Assembly: GCA_043228905.1 (NCBI GenBank)
Contig: JBHGNT010000102.1
Location: 25,827 to 89,826, forward strand
DNA: 64,000 bases
Direction of reading: 5' to 3'
Source of the DNA: Azolla caroliniana
Lineage: Eukaryota > Plantae > Polypodiophyta
A program made the translations under genes and the position numbers. Below are positions 14,701 to 29,280 of the stretch, in pieces. The notes under the pieces were generated by a model. That model had not been told where the DNA came from, made no database searches, and saw nothing but the letters and a program-made list of their open reading frames with translations. How positions within the stretch are numbered: position 1 is the first letter of the stretch; each line of letters begins with the position of its first letter.

Positions 14701-17700
14701 TTACTCACAGGCTCTGCTCAACTCCCTCCTCAAATTTGCTAATTTCTTCATGTCTCTCGACCTGAATTTCAAAATCTTGATTTTTTAATTCCATATCATA
14801 GCTAGCATTGTTAGCTTCGATACGCATGTTTGAACACAAAAATCCGATATCACACGAGCGAGGTATGAACATTTCCATTTACTCACAGGCTCTTCTCAAC
14901 TCCCTCCTCAATTTTTCTAATTTCTTCATGTCTCTCGACCTGAATTTCAAAATCTTGATTTTTTAATTCCATATCATAGCTAGCTTTGTTAGCTTCGATT
15001 CGCATGTTTTAACACAAAAATCCGATATAACACGAGCCAGGTATGACCATTTTAATTTACTCACGGGCTCTTCTCAACTCCCTTCTCAAATTTGGTAATT
15101 TCTTCATGTCTCTCGACCTGAGTTTCAAAATCTTGATTTTTTAAGTCCATATCATAGCTAGCATTGTTAGCTTCGATATCCATGTTTGAACACAGAAATC
15201 TGTTATCACACGAGCCAGGTATGAACATTTTAATTTACTCACGGGCTCTTCTCAACTCCCTCCTCAAATTTGCTAATTTCTTCATGTCTCTCGACCTGAA
15301 TTTCAAAATCTTGATTTTTTAATTCCATATTATAGCTAGCATTGTTAGCTTCGATACGCATGTTTGAACACAGAAATCCGATATCACACGAGCCTGGTAT
15401 GAACATTTTCATTTACTCACGGGCTCTTCTCAAGTCCCTCCTCAAATTTGCTAATTTTTTCATGTCTCTCGACCTGAGTTTCAAAATCTTGATTTTTTAA
15501 TTCTATATCATAGCTAGCATTGTTAGCTTCGATACGCATGTTTGAACACAGAAATCCGTTATCACACGAGCCTGGTATAAACATTTTAATTTACTCACAG
15601 GCTCTTCTCAACTCCCTCCTGAAATATGCTAATTTCTTCATGTCTCTCGACCTGAGTTTCAAAATCTTGTTTTTTTAATTCCATAACATAGCTAGCATTG
15701 TTAGCTTCGATACGCATGTTTCAACACAGAAATCCGATATCACACGAGGCAGGTATGACCATTTTAATTTACCCACGGGCTCTTCTCAACTCCCTCATCA
15801 AATTTGCTAATATCTTCATGTCTCTCGACCTGAGTTTCAAAATCTTGATTTTTTAAGTCCATATCATAGCTAGCATCGTTAGCTTCGTTATCCATGTTTG
15901 AACACAAAAATCCGATATCACCCGAGCCTGGTATGAACATTTTAATTTACTCACAGGCTCTTCTCAACTCCCTCCTCAAATTTGCTAATTTCTTCATGTC
16001 TCTCGACCTGAGTTTCAAAATCTTGATTTTTTAATTCTATATCATAGCTAACATTGTTAGCTTCGATACGCATGTTTGAACACAAAAATCCGTTATCACA
16101 CGAGCCAGGTATGAACATTTTAATTTACTCACAGGCTCTTCTCAACTCCCTCCTCAAATTTGCTAATTTCTTCATGTCTCTCGACCTGAATTTCAAAATC
16201 TTGATTTTTTAATTCCATATCATAGCTAGCATTGTTAGCTTCGATACGCATGTTTGAACACAAAAATCCGATATCACACGAGCGAGGTATGAACATTTCC
16301 ATTTACTCACAGGCTCTTCTCAACTCCCTCCTCAATTTTTCTAATTTCTTCATGTCTCTCGACCTGAATTTCAAAATCTGGATTTCTTAATTCCATAACA
16401 TAGCTAGCATTGTTAGCTTCGATACTTATGTTTGAACACAGAAATCCGATATCACACGAGCCTGGTATGAACATTTTCATTTACTCACGGGCTCTTCTCA
16501 AGTCCCTCCTCAAATTTGCTAATTTCTTCATGTCTCTCGACCTGAGTTTCAAAATCTTGATTTTTTAATTCTATATCATAGCTAGCATTGTTAGCTTCGA
16601 TACGCATGTTTGAACACAGAAATCCGTTATCACACGAGCCTGGTATAAACATTTTAATTTACTCACAGGCTCTTCTCAACTCCCTCCTCAAATATGCTAA
16701 TTTCTTCATGTCTCTCGACCTGAGTTTCAAAATCTTGTTTTTTTAATTCCATAACATAGCTAGCATTGTTAGCTTCGATACGCATGTTTCAACACAGAAA
16801 TCCGATATCACACGAGGCAGGTATGACCATTTTAATTTACCCACGGGCTCTTCTCAACTCCCTCATCAAATTTGCTAATATCTTCATGTCTCTCGACCTG
16901 AGTTTCAAAATCTTGATTTTTTAAGTCCATATCATAGCTAGCATCGTTAGCTTCGTTATCCATGTTTGAACACAAAAATCCGATATCACCCGAGCCTGGT
17001 ATGAACATTTTAATTTACTCACAGGCTCTTCTCAACTCCCTCCTCAAATTTTCTAATTTCTTCATGTCTCTCGACCTGAATTTCAAAATCTTCATTTTTT
17101 AATTCTATATCATAGCTAACATTGTTAGCTTCGATACGCATGTTTGAACACAAAAATCCGATATAACACGAGCCAGGTATGACCATTTTAATTTACTCAC
17201 AGGCTCTTCTCAACTCCCTTCTCAAATTTGGTAATTTCTTCATGTCTTTCGACCTGAGTTTCAAAATCTTGATTTTTTAAGTCCATATCATAGCTAGCAT
17301 TGTTAGCTTCGATATCCATGTTTGAACACAGAAATCTGTTATCACACGAGCCAGGTATGAACATTTTAATTTACTCACGGGCTCTTCTCAACTCCCTCCT
17401 CAAATTTGCTAATTTCTTCATGTCTCTCGACCTGAATTTCAAAATCTTGATTTTTTAATTCCATATTATAGCTAGCATTGTTAGCTTCGATACGCATGTT
17501 TGAACACAGAAATCCGATATCACACGAGCCTGGTATGAACATTTTCATTTACTCACGGGCTCTTCTCAAGTCCCTCCTCAAATTTGCTAATTTGTTCATG
17601 TCTCTCGACCTGAGTTTCAAAATCTTGATTTCTTAATTCTATAACATAGCTAGCATTGTTAGCTTCGATACGCATGTTTGAACACAGAAATCCGATATCA

Positions 17701-20700
17701 CACGAGCCTGGTATGAACATTTTCATTTACTCACGGGCTCTTCTCAAGTCCCTCCTCAAATTTGCTAATTTTTTCATGTCTATCGACCTGAGTTTCAAAA
17801 TCTTGATTTTTTAATTCCATATCATAGCTAGCTTTGTTAGCTTCGATTCGCATGTTTTAACACAAAAATCCGATATAACACGAGCCAGGTATGACCATTT
17901 TAATTTACTCACGGGCTCTTCTCAACTCCCTTCTCAAATTTGGTAATTTCTTCATGTCTCTCGACCTGAGTTTCAAAATCTTGATTTTTTAAGTCCATAT
18001 CATAGCTAGCATTGTTAGCTTCGATATCCATGTTTGAACACAGAAATCTGTTATCACACGAGCCAGGTATGAACATTTTAATTTACTCACGGGCTCTTCT
18101 CAACTCCCTCCTCAAATTTGCTAATTTCTTCATGTCTCTCGACCTGAATTTCAAAATCTTGATTTTTTAATTCCATATTATAGCTAGCATTGTTAGCTTC
18201 GATACGCATGTTTGAACACAGAAATCCGATATCACACGAGCTTGGTATGAACATTTTCATTTACTCACGGGCTCTTCTCAAGTCCCTCCTCAAATTTGCT
18301 AATTTTTTCATGTCTCTCGACCTGAGTTTCAAAATCTTGATTTTTTAATTCTATATCATAGCTAGCATTGTTAGCTTCGATACGCATGTTTGAACACAAA
18401 AATCCGATATCACACAAGCCTGGTATGAACATTTTCATTTACTCACGGGCTCTTCTCAACTCCCTCCTCAAATATGCTAATTTCTTCATGTCTCTCGAGC
18501 TGAGTTTCCAAATCTTGTTTTTTTAATTCCATATCATAGCTAGCATTGTTAGCTTCGATACGCATGTTTCAACACAGAAATCCGATATCACACGAGCCAG
18601 GTATGACCATTTTCATTTACCCACGGGCTCTTCTCAACTCCCTCCTCAAATTTGCTAATTTCTTCATGTCTCTCGACCTGAGTTTCAAAATCTTGATTTT
18701 TTAAGTCCATATCATAGCTAGCATTGTTATCTTCGTTATCCATGTTTGAACACAAAAATCCGATATCACCCGAGCCTGGTATGAACATTTTCATTTACTC
18801 ACAGGCTCTTCTCAACTCCCTCCTCAAATTTGCTAATTTCTTCATGTCTCTCGACCTGAGTTTCAAAATCTTGATTTTTTAATTCTATATCATAGCTAGC
18901 ATTGTTAGCTTCGATACGCATGTTTGAACACAGAAATCCGATATCACACGAGCCAGGTATGACCATTTTAATTTACTCAGAGGCTCTTCTCAACTCCCTC
19001 CTCAAATTTGCTAATTTCTTCATGTCTCTCGACCTGAGTTTCAAAATCTTGATTTTTTAAGTCCATATCATAGCTAGCATTGTTATCTTCGTTATCCATG
19101 TTTGAACACAAAAATCCGATATCACACGAGCCTGGTATGAACATTTTCATTTACTCACAGGCTCTTCTCAATTCCCTCCTCAAATTTGCTAATTTGTTCA
19201 TGTCTCTCGACCTGAGTTTCAAAATCTTGATTTCTTAATTCCATATCATAGCTAACATTGTTAGCTTCGATACGCATGTTTGAACACAAAAATCCGTTAT
19301 CACACGAGCCAGGTATGAATCTTCTCAACTCCCTCCTCAAATTTGCTAATTTTTTCATGTCGATCGACCTGAGTTTCAAAATCTTGATTTTTTAATTCCA
19401 TATCATAGCTAGCATTGTTAGCTTCGATTCGCATGTTTTAACACAGAAATCCGATATCACACGAGCCTGGTATGAACATTTTCATTTACTCACGGGCTCT
19501 TCTCAAGTCCCTCCTCAAATTTGCTAATTTTTTCATGTCTCTCGACCTGAGTTTCAAAATCTTGATTTTTTAATTCTATATCATAGCTAGCATTGTTAGC
19601 TTCGATACGCATGTTTGAACACAAAAATCCGATATCACACGAGCCTGGTATGAACATTTTCATTTACTCACGGGCTCTTCTCAACTCCCTCCTCAAATAT
19701 GCTAATTTCTTCATGTCTCTCGACCTGAGTTTCCAAATCTTGTTTTTTTAATTCCATATCATAGCTAGCATTGTTAGCTTCGATACGCATGTTTCAACAC
19801 AGAAATCCGATATCACACGAGCCAGGTATGACCATTTTCATTTACCCACGGGCTCTTCTCAACTCCCTCCTCAAATTTGCTAATTTCTTCATGTCTCTCG
19901 ACCTGAGTTTCAAAATCTTGATTTTTTAAGTCCATATCATAGCTAGCATTGTTATCTTCGTTATCCATGTTTGAACACAAAAATCCGATATCACCCGAGC
20001 CTGGTATGAACATTTTCATTTACTCACAGGCTCTTCTCAACTCCCTCCTCAAATTTGCTAATTTCTTCATGTCTCTCGACCTGAGTTTCAAAATCTTAAT
20101 TTTTTAATTCCATATTATAGCTAGCATTGTTAGCTTCGATACGCATGTTTGAACACAGAAATCCGATATCACACGAGCCTGGTATGAACATTTTCATTTA
20201 CTCACGGGCTCTTCTCAAGTCCCTCCTCAAATTTGCTAATTTTTTCATGTCTCTCGACCTGAGTTTCAAAATCTTGATTTTTTAATTCTATATCATAGCT
20301 AGCATTGTTAGCTTCGATACGCATGTTTGAACACAGAAATCCGTTATCACACGAGCCTGGTATAAACATTTTAATTTACTCACAGGCTCTTCTCAACTCC
20401 CTCCTCAAATATGCTAATTTCTTCATGTCTCTCGACCTGAGTTTCAAAATCTTGTTTTTTTAATTCCATATCATAGCTAGCATTGTTAGCTTCGATACGC
20501 ATGTTTCAACACAGAAATCCGATATCACACGAGCCAGGTATGACCATTTTAATTTACCCACGGGCTCTTCTCAACTCCCTCCTCAAATTTGCTAATTTCT
20601 TCATGTCTCTCGACCTGAGTTTCAAAATCTTGATTTTTTAAGTCCATATTATAGCTAGCATTGTTAGCTTCGTTATCCATGTTTGAACACAAAAATCCGA

Positions 20701-23700
20701 TATCACCCGAGCCTGGTATGAACATTTTAATTTACTCACAGGCTCTTCTCAACTCCCTCCTCAAATTTGCTAATTTCTTCATGTCTCTCGATCTGAGTTT
20801 CAAAATCTTGATTTTTTAATTCTATATCATAGCTAACATTGTTAGCTTCGATACGCATGTTTGAACACAAAAATCCGATATCACCCGAGCCTGGTATGAA
20901 CATTTTCATTTACTCACAGGCTCTTCTCAACTCCCTCCTCAAATTTGCTAATTTCTTCATGTCTCTCGACCTGAGTTTCAAAATCTTGATTTTTTAATTC
21001 CATATCATAGCTAGCTTTGTTAGCTTCGATTCGCATGTTTTAACACAAAAATCCGATATAACACGAGCCAGGTATGACCATTTTAATTTACTCACGGGCT
21101 CTTCTCAACTCCCTTCTCAAATTTGCTAATTTCTTCATGTCTCTCGACCTGAGTTTCAAAATCTTGATTTTTTAAGTCCATATCATAGCTAGCATTGTTA
21201 GCTTCGATATCCATGTTTGAACACAGAAATCCGTTATCACACGAGCCAGGTATGAACATTTTAATTTACTCACGGGCTCTTCTCAACTCCCTCCTCAAAT
21301 TTGCTAATTTCTTCATGTCTCTCGACCTGAATTTCAAAATCTTAATTTTTTAATTCCATATTATAGCTAGCATTGTTAGCTTCGATACGCATGTTTGAAC
21401 ACAGAAATCCGATATCACACGAGCCTGGTATGAACATTTTCATTTACTCACGGGCTCTTCTCAAGTCCCTCCTCAAATTTGCTAATTTTTTCATGTCTCT
21501 CGACCTGAGTTTCAAAATCTTGATTTTTTAATTCTATATCATAGCTAGCATTGTTAGCTTCGATACGCATGTTTGAACACAAAAATCCGATATCACACGA
21601 GCCTGGTATGAACATTTTCATTTACTCACGGGCTCTTCTCAACTCCCTCCTCAAATATGCTAATTTCTTCATGTCTCTCGACCTGAGTTTCCAAATCTTG
21701 TTTTTTTAATTCCATATCATAGCTAGCATTGTTAGCTTCGATACGCATGTTTCAACACAGAAATCCGATATCACACGAGCCAGGTATGACCATTTTCATT
21801 TACCCACGGGCTCTTCTCAACTCCCTCCTCAAATTTGCTAATTTCTTCATGTCTCTCGACCTGAGTTTCAAAATCTTGATTTTTTAAGTCCATATCATAG
21901 CTAGCATTGTTATCTTCGTTATCCATGTTTGAACACAAAAATCCGATATCACCCGAGCCTGGTATGAACATTTTCATTTACTCACAGGCTCTTCTCAATT
22001 CCCTCCTCAAATTTGCTAATTTCTTCATGTCTCTCGACCTGAGTTTCAAAATCTTGATTTTTTAATTCTATATCATAGCTAACATTGTTAGCTTCGATAC
22101 GCATGTTTGAACACAAAAATCCGTTATCACACGAGCCAGGTATGAACATTTTCATTTACTCACGGGCTCTTCTCAACTCCCTCCTCAAATATGCTAATTT
22201 CTTCATGTCTCTCGACCTGAGTTTCCAAATCTTGTTTTTTTAATTCCATATCATAGCTAGCATTGTTAGCTTCGATACGCATGTTTCAACACAGAAATCC
22301 GATATCACACGAGCCTGGTATGAACATTTTCATTTACTCACGGGCTCTTCTCAACTCCCTCCTCAAATATGCTAATTTCTTCATGTCTCTCGACCTGAGT
22401 TTCCAAATCTTGTTTTTTTAATTCCATATCATAGCTAGCATTGTTAGCTTCGATACGCATGTTTCAACACAGAAATCCGATATCACACGAGCCAGGTATG
22501 ACCATTTTCATTTACCCACGGGCTCTTCTCAACTCCCTCCTCAAATTTGCTAATTTCTTCATGTCTCTCGACCTGAGTTTCAAAATCTTGATTTTTTAAG
22601 TCCATATCATAGCTAGCATTGTTATCTTCGTTATCCATGTTTGAACACAAAAATCTGATATCACCCGAGCCTGGTATGAACATTTTCATTTACTCACAGG
22701 CTCTTCTCAATTCCCTCCTCAAATTTGCTCATTTCTTCATGTCTCTCGACCTGAGTTTCAAAATCTTGATTTTTTAATTCTATATCATAGCTAACATTGT
22801 TAGCTTCGATACGCATGTTTGAACACAAAAATCCGTTATCACACGAGCCAGGTATGAACATTTTAATTTACTCACAGGCTCTTCTCAACTCCCTCCTCAA
22901 ATTTGCTAATTTCTTCATGTCTCTCGACCTGAATTTCAAAATCTTGATTTTTTAATTCCATATTATAGCTAGCATTGTTAGCTTCGATACGCATGTTTCA
23001 ACACAGAAATCCGATATCACACGAGCCTGGTATGAACATTTTCATTTACTCACGGGCTCTTCTCAAGTCCCTCCTCAAATTTGCTAATTTTTTCATGTCT
23101 CTCGACCTGAGTTTCAAAATCTTGATTTTTTAATTCCATATCATAGCTAGCTTTGTTAGCTTCGATTCGCATGTTTTAACACAAATATCCGATATAACAC
23201 GAGCCAGGTATGACCATTTTAATTTACTCACGGGCTCTTCTCAAATCCCTTCTCAAATTTGCTAATTTCTTCATGTCTCTCGACCTGAGTTTCAAAATCT
23301 TGATTTTTGAAGTTCATATCATAGCTAGCATTGTTAGCTTCGATATCCGTGTTTGAACACAGAAATCCGTTATCACACGAGCCAGGTATGAACATTTTAA
23401 TTTACTCACGGGCTCTTCTCAACTCCCTCCTCAAATTTGCTAATTTCTTCATGTCTCTCGACCTGAATTTCAAAATCTTGATTTTTTAATTCCATATTAT
23501 AGCTAGCATTGTTAGCTTCGATATACATGTTTGAACACAGAAATCCGATATCACACGAGCGAGGTATGAACATTTTAATTTACTCAGAGGCTCTTCTCAA
23601 CTCCCTCCTCAATTTTTCTAATTTCTTCATGTCTCTCGACCTGAATTTCAAAATCTTGATTTTTTAATTCCATATCATAGCTAGCATTGTTAGCTTCGAT

Positions 23701-26700
23701 ACGCATGTTTGAACACAAAAATCCGATATCACACGAGCCTGGTATGAACATTTTCATTTACTCACGGGCTCTTCTCAAGTCCCTCCTCAAATTTGCTAAT
23801 TTGTTCATGTCTCTCGACCTGAGTTTCAAAATCTTGATTTCTTAATTCCATAACATAGCTAGCATTGTTAGCTTCGATACGCATGTTTGAACACAGAAAT
23901 CCGATATCACACGAGCCTGGTATGAACATTTTCATTTACTCACGGGCTCTTCTCAAGTCCCTCCTCAAATTTGCTAATTTTTTCATGTCTATCGACCTGA
24001 GTTTCAAAATCTTGATTTTTTAATTCCATATCATAGCTAGCTTTGTTAGCTTCGATTCGCATGTTTTAACACAAAAATCCGATATAACACGAGCCAGGTA
24101 TGACCATTTTAATTTACTCACGGGCTCTTCTCAACTCCCTTCTCAAATTTGGTAATTTCTTCATGTCTCTCGACCTGAGTTTCAAAATCTTGATTTTTTA
24201 AGTCCATATCATAGCTAGCATTGTTAGCTTCGATATCCATGTTTGAATACAGAAATCTGTTATCACACGAGCCAGGTATGAACATTTTAATTTACTCACG
24301 GGCTCTTCTCAACTCCCTCCTCAAATTTGCTAATTTCTTCATGTCTCTCGACCTGAATTTCAAAATCTTGATTTTTTAATTCCATATTATAGCTAGCATT
24401 GTTAGCTTCGATACGCATGTTTGAACACAGAAATCCGATATCACACGAGCCTGGTATGAACATTTTCATTTACTCACGGGCTCTTCTCAAGTCCCTCCTC
24501 AAATTTGCTAATTTTTTCATGTCTCTCGACCTGAGTTTCAAAATCTTGATTTTTTAATTCTATATCATAGCTAGCATTGTTAGCTTCGATACGCATGTTT
24601 GAACACAAAAATCCGATATCACACGAGCCTGGTATGAACATTTTCATTTACTCACGGGCTCTTCTCAACTCCCTCCTCAAATATGCTAATTTCTTCATGT
24701 CTCTCGACCTGAGTTTCCAAATCTTGTTTTTTTAATTCCATATCATAGCTAGCATTGTTAGCTTCGATACGCATGTTTCAACACAGAAATCCGATATCAC
24801 ACGAGCCAGGTATGACCATTTTCATTTACCCACGGGCTCTTCTCAACTCCCTCCTCAAATTTGCTAATTTCTTCATGTCTCTCGACCTGAGTTTCAAAAT
24901 CTTGATTTTTTAAGTCCATATCATAGCTAGCATTGTTATCTTCGTTATCCATGTTTGAACACAAAAATCCGATATCACCCGAGCCTGGTATGAACATTTT
25001 CATTTACTCACAGGCTCTTCTCAATTCCCTCCTCAAATTTGCTAATTTCTTCATGTCTCTCGACCTGAGTTTCAAAATCTTGATTTTTTAATTCTATATC
25101 ATAGCTAACATTGTTAGCTTCGATACGCATGTTTGAACACAAAAATCCGTTATCACACGAGCCAGGTATGAACATTTTAATTTACTCACAGGCTCTTCTC
25201 AACTCCCTCCTCAAATTTGCTAATTTCTTCATGTCTCTCGACCTGAATTTCAAAATCTTGATTTTTTAATTCCATATTATAGCTAGCATTGTTAGCTTCG
25301 ATACGCATGTTTGAACACAGAAATCCGATATCACACGAGCCTGGTATGAACATTTTCATTTACTCACGGGCTCTTCTCAAGTCCCTCCTCAAATTTGCTA
25401 ATTTTTCATGTCTGTCGACCTGAGTTTCAAAATCTTGATTTTTTAATTCTATATCATAGCTAGCATTGTTAGCTTCGATACGCATGTTTGAACACAAAAA
25501 TCCGATATCACACGAGCCTGGTATGAACATTTTCATTTACTCACGGGCTCTTCTCAACTCCCTCCTCAAATATGCTAATTTCTTCATGTCTCTCGACCTG
25601 AGTTTCCAAATCTTGTTTTTTTAATTCCATATCATAGCTAGCATTGTTAGCTTCGATACGCATGTTTCAACACAGAAATCCGATATCACACGAGCCAGGT
25701 ATGACCATTTTCATTTACCCACGGGCTCTTCTCAACTCCCTCCTCAAATTTGCTAATTTCTTCATGTCTCTCGACCTGAGTTTCAAAATCTTGATTTTTT
25801 AAGTCCATATCATAGCTAGCAGTGTTATCTTCGTTATCCATGTTTGAACACAACAATCCGATATCACCCGAGCCTGGTATGAACATTTTCATTTACTCAC
25901 AGGCTCTTCTCAACTCCCTCCTCAAATTTGCTAATTTCTTCATGTCTCTCGACCTGAGTTTCAAAATCTTGATTTTTTAATTCTATATCATAGCTAACAT
26001 TGTTAGCTTCGATACGCATGTTTGAACACAAAAATCCGTTATCACACGAGCCAGGTATGAACATTTTAATTTACTCACAGGCTCTTCTCAACTCCCTCCT
26101 CAAATTTGCTAATTTCTTCATGTCTCTCGACCTGAATTTCAAAATCTTGATTTTTAAATTCCATATCATAGCTAGCATTGTTAGCTTCGATACGCATTTT
26201 CGAACACAAAAATCCGATATCACACGAGCGAGGTATGAACATTTTAATTTACTCACAGGCTCTTCTCAACTCCCTCCTCAAATTTGCTAATTTCTTCATG
26301 TCTCTCGACCTGAGTTTCAAAATCTTGATTTTTTAATTCTATATCATAGCTAACATTGTTAGCTTCGATACGCATGTTTGAACACAAAAATCCGTTATCA
26401 CACGAGCCAGGTATGAACATTTTAATTTACTCACAGGCTCTTCTCAACTCCCTCCTCAAATTTGCTAATTTCTTCATGTCTCTCGACCTGAATTTCAAAA
26501 TCTTGATTTTTAAATTCCATATCATAGCTAGCATTGTTAGCTTCGATACGCATGTTTGAACACAAAAATCCGATATCACACGAGCGAGGTATGAACATTT
26601 TAATTTACTCACAGGCTCTTCTCAACTCCCTCCTCAAATTTGCTAATTTCTTCATGTCTCTCGACCTGAGTTTCAAAATCTTGATTTTTTAAGTCCATAT

Positions 26701-27659
26701 CATAGCTAGCATTGTTAGCTTCGATATCCATGTTTGAACACAGAAATCCGTTATCACACGAGCCAGGTATGAACATTTTAATTTACTCACGGGCTCTTCT
26801 CAACTCCCTCCTCAAATTTGCTAATTTCTTCATGTCTCTCGACCTGAGTTTCAAAATCTTGATTTTTTAAGTCCATATCATAGCTAGCATTGTTAGCTTC
26901 GATATCCATGTTTGAACACAGAAATCCGTTATCACACGAGCCAGGTATGAACATTTTAATTTACTCACGGGCTCTTCTCAACTCCCTCCTCAAATTTGCT
27001 AATTTCTTCATGTCTCTCGACCTGAATTTCAAAATCTTGATTTTTTAATTCCATATTATAGCTAGCATTGTTAGCTTCGATACGCATGTTTGAACACAGA
27101 AATCCGATATCACACGAGCCTGGTATGAACATTTTCATTTACTCACGGGCTCTTCTCAAGTCCCTCCTCAAATTTGCTAATTTTTTCATGTCTCTCGACC
27201 TGAGTTTCAAAATCTTGATTTTTTAATTCTATATCATAGCTAGCATTGTTAGCTTCGATACACATGTTTGAACACAAAAATCCGATATCACACGAGCCAG
27301 GTATGACCATTTTAATTTACTCACGGGCTCTTCTCAACTCCCTTCTCAAATTTGCTAATTTCTTCATGTCTCTCGACCTGAGTTTCCAAATCTTGTTTTT
27401 TTAATTCCATATCATAGCTAGCATTGTTAGCTTCGATACGCATGTTTCAACACAGAAATCCGATATCACACGAGCCAGGTATGACCATTTTCATTTACCC
27501 ACGGGCTCTTCTCAACTCCCTCCTCAAATTTGCTAATTTCTTCATGTCTCTCGACCTGAGTTTCAAAATCTTGATTTTTTAAGTCCATATCATAGCTAGC
27601 ATTGTTATCTTCGTTATCCATGTTTGAACACAAAAATCCATTATCACCCGAGCCTGGTA

Positions 27660-29280
27660 TGAACATTTTCATTTACTCACAGGCTCTTCTCAACTCCCTC
27701 CTCAAATTTGCTAATTTCTTCATGTCTCTCGACCTGAGTTTCAAAATCTTGATTTTTTAATTCTATATCATAGCTAACATTGTTAGCTTCGATACGCATG
27801 TTTGAACACAAAAATCCGTTATCACACGAGCCAGGTATGACCATTTTAATTTACTCACGGGCTCTTGTCAACTCCCTCCTCAAATTTGCTAATTTTTTCA
27901 TGTCTCTCGACCTGAGTTTCAAAATCTTGATTTTTTAATTCTATATCATAGCTAGCATTGTTAGCTTCGATACGCATGTTTGAACACAAAAATCCGATAT
28001 CACACGAGCCTGGTATGAACATTTTCATTTACTCACGGGCTCTTCTCAACTCCCTCCTCAAATATGCTAATTTCTTCATGTCTCTCGACCTGAGTTTCCA
28101 AATCTTGTTTTTTTAATTCCATATCATAGCTAGCATTGTTAGCTTCGATACGCATGTTTCAACACAGAAATCCGATATCACACGAGCCAGGTATGACCAT
28201 TTTCATTTACCCACGGGCTCTTCTCAACTCCCTCCTCAAATTTGCTAATTTCTTCATGTCTCTCGACCTGAGTTTCAAAATCTTGATTTTTTAAGTCCAT
28301 ATCATAGCTAGCATTGTTATCTTCGTTATCCATGTTTGAACACAAAAATCCGATATCACCCGAGCCTGGTATGAACATTTTCATTTACTCACGGGCTCTT
28401 CTCAATTCCCTCCTCAAATTTGCTAATTTCTTCATGTCTCTCGACCTGAGTTTCAAAATCTTGATTTTTTAAGTCCATATCATAGCTAGCATTGTTATCT
28501 TCGTTATCCATGTTTGAACACAAAAATCCGATATCACCCGAGCCTGGTATGAACATTTTCATTTACTCACAGGCTCTTCTCAACTCCCTCCTCAAATTTG
28601 CTAATTTCTTCATGTCTCTCGACCTGAGTTTCAAAATCTTGATTTTTTAATTCTATATCATAGCTAACATTGTTAGCTTCGATACGCATGTTTGAACACA
28701 AAAATCCGTTATCACACGAGCCAGGTATGACCATTTTAATTTACTCACGGGCTCTTGTCAACTCCCTCCTCAAATTTGCTAATTTTTTCATGTCTCTCGA
28801 CCTGAGTTTCAAAATCTTGATTTTTTAATTCTATATCATAGCTAGCATTGTTAGCTTCGATACGCATGTTTGAACACAAAAATCCGATATCACACGAGCC
28901 TGGTATGAACATTTTCATTTACTCACGGGCTCTTCTCAACTCCCTCCTCAAATATGCTAATTTCTTCATGTCTCTCGACCTGAGTTTCCAAATCTTGTTT
29001 TTTTAATTCCATATCATAGCTAGCATTGTTAGCTTCGATACGCATGTTTCAACACAGAAATCCGATATCACACGAGCCAGGTATGACCATTTTCATTTAC
29101 CCACGGGCTCTTCTCAACTCCCTCCTCAAATTTGCTAATTTCTTCATGTCTCTTGACCTGAGTTTCAAAATCTTGATTTTTTAAGTCCATATCATAGCTA
29201 GCATTGTTATTTTCGTTATCCATGTTTGAACACAAAAATCCGATATCACCCGAGCCTGGTATGAACATTTTCATTTACTC
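27660..29280 (-). repeat. Higher-order duplication, 5-monomer period (890 bp)
   Basis: Rare variant GCTCTTGTCA at 27861 and 28751. Related ORFs at 28178, 29068 and 29958 are spaced by 890. Boundaries are approximate. Confidence 0.75.

Noticed and set aside
25400-25408. 1-bp deletion in a T run
   Set aside because: Real in the given sequence (889-bp spacing) but a single homopolymer indel that may be a consensus error; not significant alone.
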